A DNA stretch of 63,994 nt, counting the filler, from Globobulimina sp. (lineage: Eukaryota), in NCBI GenBank assembly GCA_003354225.1. It is 49 parts of 49 records of this genome, joined end to end, with 100 filler letters (N's around TTAATTAATTAA, not from the genome) between each part and the next. Parts side by side here need not be neighbours in the genome. Positions count along the whole stretch, not along the records: positions 20,942 to 22,149 come from PIVH01020951.1; positions 22,250 to 23,457 come from PIVH01020952.1; positions 23,558 to 24,765 come from PIVH01020953.1; positions 24,866 to 26,073 come from PIVH01020954.1; positions 26,174 to 27,381 come from PIVH01020955.1; positions 27,482 to 28,689 come from PIVH01020956.1; positions 28,790 to 29,997 come from PIVH01020957.1; positions 30,098 to 31,305 come from PIVH01020958.1; 41 more parts are not named here. One strand, written 5' to 3'. Under the pieces are notes generated by a model, which was given only the letters and a program-made list of their open reading frames with translations, made no database searches and was not told the DNA's origin. Shown piece by piece: positions 21,449 to 32,713 of this stretch. Each line of letters opens with the position of its first letter. Position 1 is the first letter of the stretch. The translations under genes and the position numbers were made by a program.

Positions 21449-22029
21449 TACACGGTTATCAATTGTCTAGCGTTTGTGGTAATATTGATTCCAAAATAAA
21501 ACCTTACTTTCGCGGTCTTTTTAATCCAGACACAACTGAAAATGCACTTGCAATGATTGATCCAAATAAACCAAACTTTCTGATTTTCAATACAGACTTT
21601 AGTCACAGAAGCGGGTCACATTGGGTGGCGGCATATGTTGACCTAGAAAAAGAATGCTATTTTATCGACTCATTTGCCCACCATCCAAACTTTTGCAGTC
21701 TGGATAATTTTTGGACTGAAGTGAGTGATAACGATTTCAAAATGATACCAAACAAGCTCCAATCAAAATACACTACAGTATGCGGTTTATACTGTGTATT
21801 TTTCGGTCACTATCTATGTCAGTCAAAAGACATAGAAACTGTTCTGTCCATGATTCCAGAAAAAAATAATATTCTTAGAGATCAACATATATTCGAATGG
21901 TTTCAAAACAATTTTGGCGGCGCAATAAAATTGGAAAACCCAGTTATAGATTGCAACAAATTCAAAGGCGCGGAAAAACAAAAGTGTGAGCAATATCATA
22001 AAATGATAATCGCGCGCCAATCGCTTTAG
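21445..22029 (+). CDS. Adenain-like cysteine protease (Polinton/adintovirus maturation protease)
   Basis: IFNTDFSHRSGSHWVA (His), FIDSF (Asp), LQSKYTTVCGLYCVFF (Gln/Cys). Confidence 0.9.
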   Translation: MIHGYQLSSVCGNIDSKIKPYFRGLFNPDTTENALAMIDPNKPNFLIFNTDFSHRSGSHWVAAYVDLEKECYFIDSFAHHPNFCSLDNFWTEVSDNDFKMIPNKLQSKYTTVCGLYCVFFGHYLCQSKDIETVLSMIPEKNNILRDQHIFEWFQNNFGGAIKLENPVIDCNKFKGAEKQKCEQYHKMIIARQSL

Positions 22030-22071
22030 ACAATGTAGATAAGCGACATGTTTGCTCGGCACACATTCATA

Positions 22072-22149
22072 ATGTACGAGTCAGTTTATAACTTTTACCT
22101 CAAGTTTCACAGTTCCGTTCTTGTCATTGGAACCAGCTGTTCTGGCAAG
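22072..22149 (+). CDS. Packaging ATPase (FtsK/A32-like) N-terminus
   Basis: MYESVYNFYLKFHSSVLVIGTSCSGK ends in a Walker A motif at the contig edge. Not in the supplied ORF track. Confidence 0.7.
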
Positions 22150-22278
22150 NNNNNNNNNNNNNNNNNNNNNNNNNNNNNNNNNNNNNNNNNNNNTTAATTA
22201 ATTAANNNNNNNNNNNNNNNNNNNNNNNNNNNNNNNNNNNNNNNNNNNNACGGAATGTTAAATTTTTTGGAATGGCTT

Positions 22279-22952
22279 TCAACCAAATATGTTAATTGAG
22301 CTTCCATTTCTTTTTCCCGCCATCAATGAATCTCTATCCCAATTACTTTTGGAGGAAACGCTAAATAAATTACTTCCCGTTTCTGGAATATCCTCATCAG
22401 ATCCACGGATACCACTCATTGCAATCTCCACTGAACTCACAAATATATTATTCATTAAAAAGTATGCCAATGCTGCTTCATGTTTCATTTGAGCCAGTTC
22501 TTGTTTTATCGCAACAAGCTCCTCTGCAGAAATTGAATCACGTTTTGTTTGCTCAATTTCATCCAGTTCCTATCAATAATTTATGTGTTTTTGTTATGAC
22601 AATTATTAAATATACAAATACCTGAAAATCACCGTCAGTGATACTTGTTTTGTATTGATGATTGGTTGTAAATGTTGATACATCTAAAATTGTTTCATTT
22701 TTTTCATAACTTTGTATTTCATGCAATGCCATACAATTTACATTTTCCTCTTCTTTTTGTAGCTGTTTATGAGACGTCGTTTCAGTCAATTTCTCGTCAT
22801 GATTATCTGCAGCCGTTTGTAACATTTTTAATCTGCATATTGTTGTTGCGTTTGTTTGTACATTGGAATAGTACATGAAAGTTATAGTAATTAACTAACT
22901 CATTTGTTAACATCTTCCTCTCTGCCTTTTGCTGCTTCAGTTTCTGTATCAT
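22279..22952 (-). CDS. Hypothetical multi-exon coiled-coil protein
   Basis: ORF pieces joined by GT-AG introns, for example GTATTTG...GATAG near 22570-22621. Confidence 0.4.
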
Positions 22953-23043
22953 AGCAGTAATTGATTCTGACCGGAAAAATAAAAAAATTATAAATTTTAG
23001 AAAAAAAAGAGAAAAAATAAAAAATAACATTATGTTTTTTTTA

Positions 23044-23457
23044 TTACGAGTGTCCGTCTTTATTATATTCAGATTCATCATCTGATTCAGTGTTTGGCAC
23101 TACATTCAATTTAACGGATTTCCTTCGTGAAATTGTCACTTTCCTATAGGTTTTAAGCGAATTGTTGTCTTTGGACTTGTTGCCATTGTTTATGTTTTTA
23201 TTCTGTTTTATTTTATACCATTTCCGTAAATAATATGCAATCATCATTATGCATAAAGAAAAACATGTGACAACTACAATTATTCCCATTTTCTCAGCTT
23301 CATACACCATACTCTCATTATTTATGTCTTGCTTCTCATCCATAACAAACAATGATTGATCTTCAACCACAATCTGCCTCAAATATTTCCGAAATAAATC
23401 TCCAAATTCATCCAAACTCATTATATCTCTCACAAACTCATTAAAGGCATCAATATA
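23044..23457 (-). CDS. Single-pass membrane protein C-terminus
   Basis: TM segment IIVVVTCFSLCIMMIAYYL followed by a basic tail. Confidence 0.55.
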   Translation of the reverse strand, partial: YIDAFNEFVRDIMSLDEFGDLFRKYLRQIVVEDQSLFVMDEKQDINNESMVYEAEKMGIIVVVTCFSLCIMMIAYYLRKWYKIKQNKNINNGNKSKDNNSLKTYRKVTISRRKSVKLNVVPNTESDDESEYNKDGHS

Positions 23458-23557
23458 NNNNNNNNNNNNNNNNNNNNNNNNNNNNNNNNNNNNNNNNNNN
23501 NTTAATTAATTAANNNNNNNNNNNNNNNNNNNNNNNNNNNNNNNNNNNNNNNNNNNN

Positions 23558-24720
23558 GCTGGCATATGTGTAATAACTCGGCTATTTAGATCCGCCTCAA
23601 GCATTGTATAATTTGCATGTAGCTGTCTATGAACACGTTTCACTGTGCCTGTAATTCTTTTTGGTATTGTTACTTTGGCGACTAACTTCTTCGTTCTTTC
23701 TTGTCTCCATTTTGTTGGTTGTTTATTTCCATCACGATGTAATGTATCGATATTACCATCTTCACTTCCATCCAGTTCTAGAAACAAACCATAATTCACC
23801 CAACTCGATGGAAAGACATGTGAATTTCCTTGCGATTCTATATCTTTTACAGCATTCAAAACGAACCTAGCGGTCATTTCACGCCATTTTTGTGCAGTAA
23901 CATCTAATGCAAATTCCTTGCCAAAAGAAGTCACTCTATTATTATCTGCAATCCATATCTCTAAAAATTTCTTAATTGTATTTTTCAGAAAAATACCAAT
24001 ATGTTGATCGACTGGTTGTTGGATATGTGATGCGTTTCGAATTAAACAACGACCAAAAATTCCATATAATTTGGCATATTCATCGGCTAATTTTCTGTCT
24101 AAATGAATTATATAATTATCAAAATTGAGCACGATTGCTTTGATCCAATCTAAACTATTTTGTTGTTTACAACCCCTTAAAACTTTGGTCATATTTTTTA
24201 TCAAATTCATTGTTTTCCTCCAAAGGAAACCAGTCATACTGCCACTTTCACTGCATTCCCATACCACTCTCTCTCCAATAGTACCTGACATTAATGTTTC
24301 TAATTTTTTCGCAACTCCTGTACCTCCTTTCGGGAATATGATCATTATTAACAAAATCATTTGAAAATTGCTAATTACTACTAATGTACCTTGACGATAT
24401 TTGCTAAGGTGTTTTAAATTCTTTTTTAAAACACTCGGTCTTTCATCAGGACCAACAATTTGTTTTGTTTCCATTGTAAAAGTAAAAGGCACTTCATCTA
24501 AATTAAACTCTCTCTTTGCATCCCATATTTCATGAACATTATCATCATCCCAAATTTCTTCATGATTCTCATCATAATCTATCGGTTTGGAAACAATTAT
24601 GTCGATAGCTCTTCGGAATTCTCTTTCTTTGCGTAGGTAATCTGGACGCACTCGAATATAATCTTCATTGCTCATTTTCCGATCACTGCTTCCTTTGACG
24701 ACTACGAGATGATGTCGTTT
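23558..24720 (-). mobile_element. pogo/Tc5-like DDE_1 transposase (DD36D), partial
   Basis: KRHHL; FNLDEVP; SGSMT; FDNYIIH; NASHIQQPVD. I count 36 residues between the last two Asp. Confidence 0.85.
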
Positions 24721-25163
24721 CTATATATATTTATATGATTATACCATATGATCATACTATATGATNNNNNNNNNNNNNNNNNNNNNNNNNNNNNNNNNNN
24801 NNNNNNNNNTTAATTAATTAANNNNNNNNNNNNNNNNNNNNNNNNNNNNNNNNNNNNNNNNNNNNGGTTAATATGCTTTATGCTATGGCATTTTTTGGGA
24901 ATAAAAACTGTCTATGACGCATAATTTTTGATTGAAAACATATGAAAATAATTAGGGCGGCGCGACTTCCCGAACGAACTCTCCTAACACGGGTAAAATG
25001 TAAAAATGACTACAGTCGTTGTTAAAACTAACTGGTTCATTGTTAAATTTATCGTTTTATATGTATTCCGGCTTGTATTATACCTGTCTGGTCTATAAAT
25101 TTACAGTCGCAAATTTAATTAGTCCTGCACCGCCTCATTGCCGTGACGACTGAGACGGTGTCA

Positions 25164-25873
25164 AGGTGTGTGCCAACGGGAAATTTACGGTCAATGTATA
25201 TACGTGTGGGGAATTTACGGTCAATGCATACGATTTCACGGTCGATGCATAAGATTTAAATCGAACGTAACTCGTAAGGGGTGAATATTTGGAAAAAATT
25301 TCAAGACACCAAAAAGGATCCTCGAGACGAGGAACATCTAATGGAATATTCATATTTCACTTTTAAGCAAGTTTTGTTACTTTTATTAGCTTGCTATTAC
25401 CTACATACTGTATGCATACACAGGACAAACAAAAGTAGGTTCAAATAGCTTTGTTGATGGTGACGGAAACCAACCCAATTTGTAACCCTTCCCTCACAAA
25501 GTAAGCTTCATTTGTACTACTTGTACAGTACAGCACTGTCAACTTTTTTCACAGAAAATTTTGTTTCAGTTTAACTTTAAAATACTTTTTTAAGGTGTAA
25601 TTGGTCAATGGTGACAGCTGACTGGTTACCTTACATATAGCACTAACAATTTTTTTTTGACCGTTTGGACTGCCTATTTCAACATGAACAGTCATTTCAT
25701 ACAGTCATTTAAATACACTTGTCATTCCTTGATCATGTGATAATTTATAGATTCTACTATGATATATTTATTATTAAAATATCCTTAATAGCAACGAAAT
25801 AAATTTAAATGGTTGTTTTTATGTTGCTTGCATGAATATGCATAGACCGTAAATTTCCCGAGGGCACACACCT
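25164..25873. mobile_element. Non-autonomous TIR element (MITE-like), about 710 bp
   Basis: 37-bp inverted repeats at 25164-25200 and 25837-25873 (33/37 match), subterminal ATTT(A/C)ACGGTC-type repeats, no coding capacity. Confidence 0.7.
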
Positions 25874-26193
25874 AGCACACTGACGGGGCCTTTTTTTAAT
25901 ATGGAAATGACGCTCGAATACGAAAACAACGCTCTAGGCGGAAACTCGGGTTACTTATGCTCCAGTAGCGATACATAATCATCTGCCCATTTAAAACGTA
26001 ACAATAAATAACACGATCTGACTGACGGACCGACTTTTTGGGAATAAAACTGTCTGTGATGTATATTTTTTGANNNNNNNNNNNNNNNNNNNNNNNNNNN
26101 NNNNNNNNNNNNNNNNNTTAATTAATTAANNNNNNNNNNNNNNNNNNNNNNNNNNNNNNNNNNNNNNNNNNNNTTGGATACAATGAATTATAT

Positions 26194-26379
26194 TCATGAT
26201 TTATTGTGTAACTTAACTGCATTATCTCCCTGGAAAATATATTCATTTAATAATTGATTAACATTACAATGGGATATTATTCTTTTGATTAATAATGGAT
26301 ATACTGTGATGCATTTATGATACCCAAACCATTTTGATGAGGTAGAATCCACGGTACAAACGGTAGTGTCAGAATCCAT
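26194..26379 (-). CDS. Hypothetical protein first exon, divergent from sulfite oxidase
   Basis: ATG at 26379; short ORF only. Confidence 0.35.
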   Translation of the reverse strand: MDSDTTVCTVDSTSSKWFGYHKCITVYPLLIKRIISHCNVNQLLNEYIFQGDNAVKLHNKS

Positions 26380-26469
26380 GGTGTTTTTAAACGAAAAAGA
26401 GAGAGCAAGAAGTTAATGTTTTTAAAGTTTTTTTTATTTTTATTTGATAAAAAAATTATCTCAACGGCA

Positions 26470-27381
26470 ATGCACACAAAAAATAATAAACTCAATCGCG
26501 CATTTCATGCATATCACCGGATCATGACGATGGGATTTGTGCAGCCACGGGGATCGAATCTGTCAAACATCTGCGCCATTCAAATAACCAAAACCAAAAC
26601 AAAATACAATCATAAAACATGCTCACCATTGTTAATAACAGGAATTATCGGAATTTCAACATGTTGTTTTGCATCATATTCATCCAGAAACGTACAAGCA
26701 GACAACAGAGAAACCAGAGACCCCCATCCTAAATGGCAAGGCGGTGAGAGGATAAATATCCCACCATCTCTGCCAACATATACGCGTAAACAAGTCATGC
26801 AGCACAACACAGAAAAGTCTCTATGGCTCACATACCGGCATGGTTTGTGTGTAGATATAGCTCTGTTTTGTTGAAAAAATATGAAATCTTGCGTAGGTGT
26901 ATATGATTTGACATCCTTTGTAGATGACCATCCAGGTTCAATGGAACGTCTCTTGCTAGCTTGCCACGGCAATCATGATTGTTGTAATTGGTGGGAACAG
27001 TTAGGATATCATAATGTGTGCGATGTACATTATTTATTAGAAACGTTTCGTATCGGTAATATTGCTGCAAATGATGCGATAGAATGTGCGATAAAAGATG
27101 CGGCGATCGATCCGATATTGCGTGTCGACAGAAACACTTTGAAAGACACTACATTCAGTTACGAAGCATTCATCGCAGAAACACCTATTCATGTACTGTC
27201 TGACTATTACTACACACCGACAAAGTACCATTTCGTTCGCAATCATTTCCCTGTTCCAACGCATTTAGATTGGGACTCTGAACTAACAATCTCTGGCATT
27301 GGAATACCAAATAATTATACAAGCGATGAACAGGATGACGATGATGATGAGATGGAGCAAGGATACACATTAAAATATAAA
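26470..27381 (+). CDS. SUOX: Sulfite oxidase (cytochrome b5 + Moco domain), 3' partial; intron 26843-26896
   Basis: Basic targeting leader; LPTYTRKQVMQHN...WLTYRHG|VYDLTSFVDDHPG; AETP...YYTPTKYHFVRNHFPVP. Confidence 0.85.
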
Positions 27382-27481
27382 NNNNNNNNNNNNNNNNNNN
27401 NNNNNNNNNNNNNNNNNNNNNNNNNTTAATTAATTAANNNNNNNNNNNNNNNNNNNNNNNNNNNNNNNNNNNNNNNNNNNN

Positions 27482-28511
27482 TCATGCTCATCGCCGACGA
27501 CGTCCTCCGTTCGAGCTCGTTTGTTGTTCCTTGCACGCGGCGAGGCTTTGGGAGGCGAGGCATGCGGTGGGGGCGCGTAATAAGGATCGATTATCGGTGG
27601 CGGAGGCGGTGGCGGTGGTCCTTGGCCATAATAATACTGTGGGTTCACATTCGGTCCATAATAACCTGAGAATTATATTACATTACATTATCTATGCATG
27701 AATAGGGAGTGCTATACCTTGGGCGTATGGTATTTGTTGCTGTGGAGGCGGTGGCGGCGGCGGTGATGGCTGCATTTGTGGCGATTGATCGGCCTTATTC
27801 TTATCATGGATGGCTTTGACGCGAACATGCAATTTGTCGCCATTGAACGTGCCGAACTGCTGTAAATATTTGGCAGTGTTAAGGCACTCTTCTTCGGTTT
27901 TAAATTGACAAAACCAATTATTACCAATATCGCTATGGATTTCTGAGGGTTGGCTGCAATTTTCATTATCGAAGATGGACAATACTTGGGCTTTTTTGGT
28001 GGAGGTGGCAATATCGCGTAAAATGAGCACATTGCGCTCTAATAAGGGCATATATTTCACCATGGTACAACCGGTGTTCATTACTAATAATTTGCTACGA
28101 GAGATGGTTTCGATTAATATATCGCGGTTACTCACCAAATCAGAGATTAATTTTAAATCCAACAATAAATCGATATCAATATAACCATCAGTGGTCATTT
28201 TCTGTCTCAAATTAAAGTCGTTTTGAATGTTTTGTGGCGCAAAATAAGACTCCAATTCATTGCGTACTTGCTCGATAATCAACTCTTCATTGTTAATGCC
28301 TGTCGTATTAGTATCTGCTTCTTGTGGTGCTGGTTCTTGTTGTTTTGGCTCTGGTTCTGGTGGAGATGATGCTGTTGTTGCTTTTGTTGATGTTGACTGT
28401 TTGTCTGTTTGCATCAAAAAATGAACAATTGTTAAATAATGCATGTACAGTAACAGAGCTAAGAGTACCTTGTGTTGCTTCTTCCTGTTTTTTTGTTTCA
28501 TCTTGTGACAT
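27482..28511 (-). CDS. LARP4: La-related protein, LARP4-like (La motif + RRM, Pro-rich tail); introns at 28405-28468 and about 27666-27718
   Basis: VRNELESYFAPQNIQNDFNLRQKM..DGYI; RNVLILRDI...VLSIF...IGNNWFCQFKTEEE. Confidence 0.8.
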
Positions 28512-28789
28512 GATTAAGATTTAAATTCCTATTCAGTAAAACAAATGGTGGAATTGTTCTTTTGCTACAGGAGTTTTTTCTTTACAAATATGTTTAGACT
28601 GGGAGAGAGATGGGTATTTTTGGACATTATCAGAGGGAGGAATTTTTTCTCTAAATTTCAACTGAAGTTTTTTTTTGCAAAATGATTCANNNNNNNNNNN
28701 NNNNNNNNNNNNNNNNNNNNNNNNNNNNNNNNNTTAATTAATTAANNNNNNNNNNNNNNNNNNNNNNNNNNNNNNNNNNNNNNNNNNNN

Positions 28790-29126
28790 AATTCTCGGAT
28801 TTATTTGGTCTGAAAACGTTTCTATAATTCTCGGATTTATTTTGGTCAGAAAACGTTTCTATAATTCTCGGATTTATTTCAGATTTATTTGGTCCGAAAA
28901 CGTTTCTATAATTCTCGGATTTATTTTGGTCAGAAAACGTTTCTATAATTCTCGGATTTATTTCGGATTTATTTGGTCCTAAAACGTTTCTAAAATTGTC
29001 GGATTTATTTGGTCAGAAAACGTTTCTGAAATTCATGTACAAAATTCGTTTCTGAAATTCATGTACAAAATTAGTTTGTGAAAAATTCATGTACAAAATT
29101 CTTCTCTGAAATTCATGTACAAAATT
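28790..29126 (+). repeat. Composite minisatellite: about 6 x 36-47-bp unit A, then 4 x about 27-bp unit B
   Basis: Unit A is AATTCTCGGATTTATTTGGTCNGAAAACGTTTCTAT; unit B core is AAATTCATGTACAAAATT; they share a GTTTCT junction. Confidence 0.95.
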
Positions 29127-29210
29127 ATATGACAAAAGTCCGAGCTGAACTAAAGAAAAAACAAGAAAAAAAAAAGAAAATGAACAACAAAGTTGCTCAG
29201 TGCAAGGATA

Positions 29211-29855
29211 TCAAATCAACACAGAACGTGTCAAAATGATTGAAAAGTCAGCAAAATCGATTAATTGTCTGTTTGAAGAGGAAGGTTGCGTCGCGAAATA
29301 AAGGAATAGGTGCGATCGCCTATTTATCCAAGCCAAATTTAAACCAATAAAAATTACATTCACAATCAATCCGATGACCATGTCCAATGTGAATTTGTCC
29401 ATGTCCTTTTCCAATGGCATGATAAGGCACGACATAGCAGCTAAAGCCGCAACCGACACTAAACGTGTCAAAATGATTGAAATGCCAGCAAAGTTGATTA
29501 ATAGTCTGTTTGAAGAAGAAGGTTGCGCCGCGAACTCTAAATAGAGGGAAAAGTGCGGTCGCCTATTTATCCAATCCAAATATAAATTAATAAAAAATGC
29601 ATCCATAATCAATCCGATGACCATGTCCAATGTAAGTTTGTCCATGTCCTTTTTCATTGCGATAATAATACACGAAATAGCAGCTAAAGCTGCGGTCGTG
29701 TAAAAGTAACTGTCAAGTGAAGTAAGGATGGTAGAAGTGAAGTGAAGTAGAAGTGAAGTGGTTTCTGAAGAAAAATTATTTCGATAAAAGAAAATGTTAA
29801 AAAAAAGTAGTACTACTACTAGTAGTAGTACCCCAAAAAATTTGAAAATTTTCAA
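29211..29855 (-). CDS. Hydrophobic ORF made of a tandem duplication of about 237 bp (79 aa)
   Basis: AALAA.SC.I....KDMDK.TLDMVIGLI...WINRR.H..LY..QPSSSNR.LI.FA..SIILTR occurs twice. Confidence 0.5.
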   Translation of the reverse strand: MKIFKFFGVLLLVVVLLFFNIFFYRNNFSSETTSLLLHFTSTILTSLDSYFYTTAALAAISCIIIAMKKDMDKLTLDMVIGLIMDAFFINLYLDWINRRPHFSLYLEFAAQPSSSNRLLINFAGISIILTRLVSVAALAAMSCLIMPLEKDMDKFTLDMVIGLIVNVIFIGLNLAWINRRSHLFLYFATQPSSSNRQLIDFADFSIILTRSVLI

Positions 29856-30465
29856 AACACTGGTATGAGGGTCTATCGACCCAACAATAGAACAAGAGTT
29901 ATTGGCTTACAAACATGAAAATCTATCGAGACTAAATGTCTGAACTCTACTTAGATAATTTTTCGGATACCTAAAGGTAAAAGTTAAATTTTTAATTNNN
30001 NNNNNNNNNNNNNNNNNNNNNNNNNNNNNNNNNNNNNNNNNTTAATTAATTAANNNNNNNNNNNNNNNNNNNNNNNNNNNNNNNNNNNNNNNNNNNNTCT
30101 ATGTGGGGGTTTATTTTTCAAATGAATTATAGACCATATGGAGAGACAGTGGAGGCAATAGAGTGAGGACTATTTATTAATCCACGCTGCTGGCAAGCAA
30201 TCCCTTAGACTTAAGTAGACATTAAATGTAACGGTCTCGAAAATTTGTTAGTTGGACATTCTCTAATGTATACAAATGGAGTGGGGGAGGTTATCTTTTG
30301 GAAAAGAAGTGTGAACCTAAAAAGTCAACTGTAACGGCACTGACCGCACTACATTATGAATAAGGATTGTTCTGTGTGACTCATCAACGCTACGCGTGAC
30401 GGATAATGCACAAATTGTGCGCAATATAACCGTAAAAATGTCAGACGTTTAGTAAGGTAAAGATG

Positions 30466-31305
30466 TTAGTACAAAGCAGCAATTCTTTGTGTATATATAG
30501 GTCTTCTTGCAGATGCCGCGTATATTTTTTTATAATCGTCAGGAGCAATATTATTTGAACATAATTTAATTCCTTTATAATTCCACATAATAGAATCAAA
30601 TTCATCATTTGTAAAAATATCGGGACAGTGGATAGTATGCGATGGATACGTTTGAAACTGTGCCTTTCTGTTCCTTCCCATTGTTGTTTTACTCATAATC
30701 ACAATGCCATTTTTTAATGAATTTATTTGCTGAAATTGTGAAAAAATATCAATCATTGACAGTTGCCATGCAAACACTTTTGGATTACGTGGCGTTGATA
30801 AGCCATTAATAATGTTATTCCACCAACTTATATTATCACACGCTATCAATACGCGATAAACATTTTGCTGACGAATACAATCCAGAAATAAATACATTAA
30901 ACTTGCGGGGGACTCACATTCCATACTTGCACCATACACACACAAATCATATAAATTATTATAATCACCATCTCCATCTCCATCTCCATCGCCATCGCCA
31001 TCGCCATCACCATATCTCATCCATTCATTCAATATTTTTGTTTCATATTTCTTAATATCGATGGGGTCGCGTAACATTTCATAAATCATTTCTAAATCGA
31101 TTTTATTATTACCATCCTCAATGCGATTCTTATTCTTATTATTTATAATACCATTCTCGATATCAGTTATAAATGGAATATTTTTTAGTTTTTCGCCTTC
31201 GGCAATCTTTATTTTGTTAAAAAAGTCTCTCGCATAGTCATGTTGGTAAAATATAGATTCTTTGTCATTTGCAGGTACTGTTAGCTTTATATCTTGAATC
31301 CATTC
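30466..31305 (-). CDS. DAP3: Mitochondrial ribosomal protein mS29/DAP3-like, 5' partial, with a (GD)n insert
   Basis: LYDLCVYG...RVLIACDNISWW...KVFAWQLSMIDIF...FTNDEFDSIMWNY. Confidence 0.7.
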   Translation of the reverse strand, partial: EWIQDIKLTVPANDKESIFYQHDYARDFFNKIKIAEGEKLKNIPFITDIENGIINNKNKNRIEDGNNKIDLEMIYEMLRDPIDIKKYETKILNEWMRYGDGDGDGDGDGDGDGDYNNLYDLCVYGASMECESPASLMYLFLDCIRQQNVYRVLIACDNISWWNNIINGLSTPRNPKVFAWQLSMIDIFSQFQQINSLKNGIVIMSKTTMGRNRKAQFQTYPSHTIHCPDIFTNDEFDSIMWNYKGIKLCSNNIAPDDYKKIYAASARRPIYTQRIAALY

Positions 31306-32135
31306 NNNNNNNNNNNNNNNNNNNNNNNNNNNNNNNNNNNNNNNNNNNNTTAATTAATTAANNNNNNNNNNNNNNNNNNNNNNNNNNNNNNNNNNNNNNN
31401 NNNNNGATATTTATTCGAAAAGAACTGGAAAGATCAAATTGGTAATGTCCAGTCTTCCACACTAATCACATATTCTTTTGTGCCATATACAGCATATTGG
31501 TTTATTGTTCGCTATTGTTGGTTCATCATTCCCTTACTTATTACCATGCCGATATTAATAAATTAGATTTGAACATATTTCATATCACATATCGTTTTCA
31601 TGATTCAAGCACAAATATCAAGGCTGAGAAAAAAAAGTTTAGTTGTGACTGTGTGCGAGGATAAATCTAAAAAATAATCTCTAATCCAACTGTGATCGAT
31701 AATAACTATAATAAGTAAGTACATATCTATAATTTTAACAAGAATATAAAACTAAATATAAATATATAAGAACATCGTAAAAATATAAATAAAAAAAAAC
31801 AAAATGTCAAACATTTTTAGTGCATTTGCTTGAATAAATCTTAATGTTTGTCGCTATGAATCGATATTATGTCTCACTGATCAACAAAAAAGATTTATTT
31901 ATTTTTTTCAAAGCGACAAACAAAAATTAGAAATAAAAACAAAACTACTAAATATCGAGAGTGCAATTCGAACGATTGATCACGTTCAATCACAAATTAT
32001 TTTTGAATACAGCGAAAGATGAAGATAAAGGGTAAAAAAATATAATGTATATATAAATTTACGAACAAACAATTATAGAAACGCATCATACGATATCATA
32101 AGATAGAAAGCTATATGTTATCATTTGAATTGTTA

Positions 32136-32613
32136 TCACAGCCGAAATGAATCAGTACGACTCACAGATATTTCTACATCACTTTGTCGATCATTTGTAT
32201 CATTTGAGACTCGAACCTCAAATGCAGGCTTTGTCATATCCAGAGGGAGCTGCGAATACGTTGATGCGTGCACCACCGCCAATTTTAAAGGCACACTAAG
32301 ATGCGTCGCTTGTCCTGGTTCAATAATCATAGTCTCATCCATACTCAATCGGGACTGGGCGGACTGACGCGATACCTCATCAGCACTGGACGTCTCAAAA
32401 GGTGATACAGATAATTGCTGACTCACCGGACTTAAGGAAGATACCGCAGCAATGGATGGGACGGATGCGGCAGTGGCCACGGATGGCGATACAGGCGCAG
32501 TGCAATATATTTTGTTATTATTTTGTTGTATAAATAATTGTTCTCTTCGTTTCATATTTTTATAATATATGCAATTAAAGCCAGTCGATACAAACATCAC
32601 AGCACAGCACGCA
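32136..32613 (-). CDS. Hypothetical protein, Ser-rich C-terminus
   Basis: ORF of at least 154 aa; no family recognised. Confidence 0.5.
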
Positions 32614-32713
32614 NNNNNNNNNNNNNNNNNNNNNNNNNNNNNNNNNNNNNNNNNNNNTTAATTAATTAANNNNNNNNNNNNNNNNNNNNNNNNNNNNNNN
32701 NNNNNNNNNNNNN

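Noticed and set aside
28790..29126. CRISPR array (36-37-bp units)
   Set aside because: The units abut without unique spacers and no cas gene is present; it is a minisatellite.
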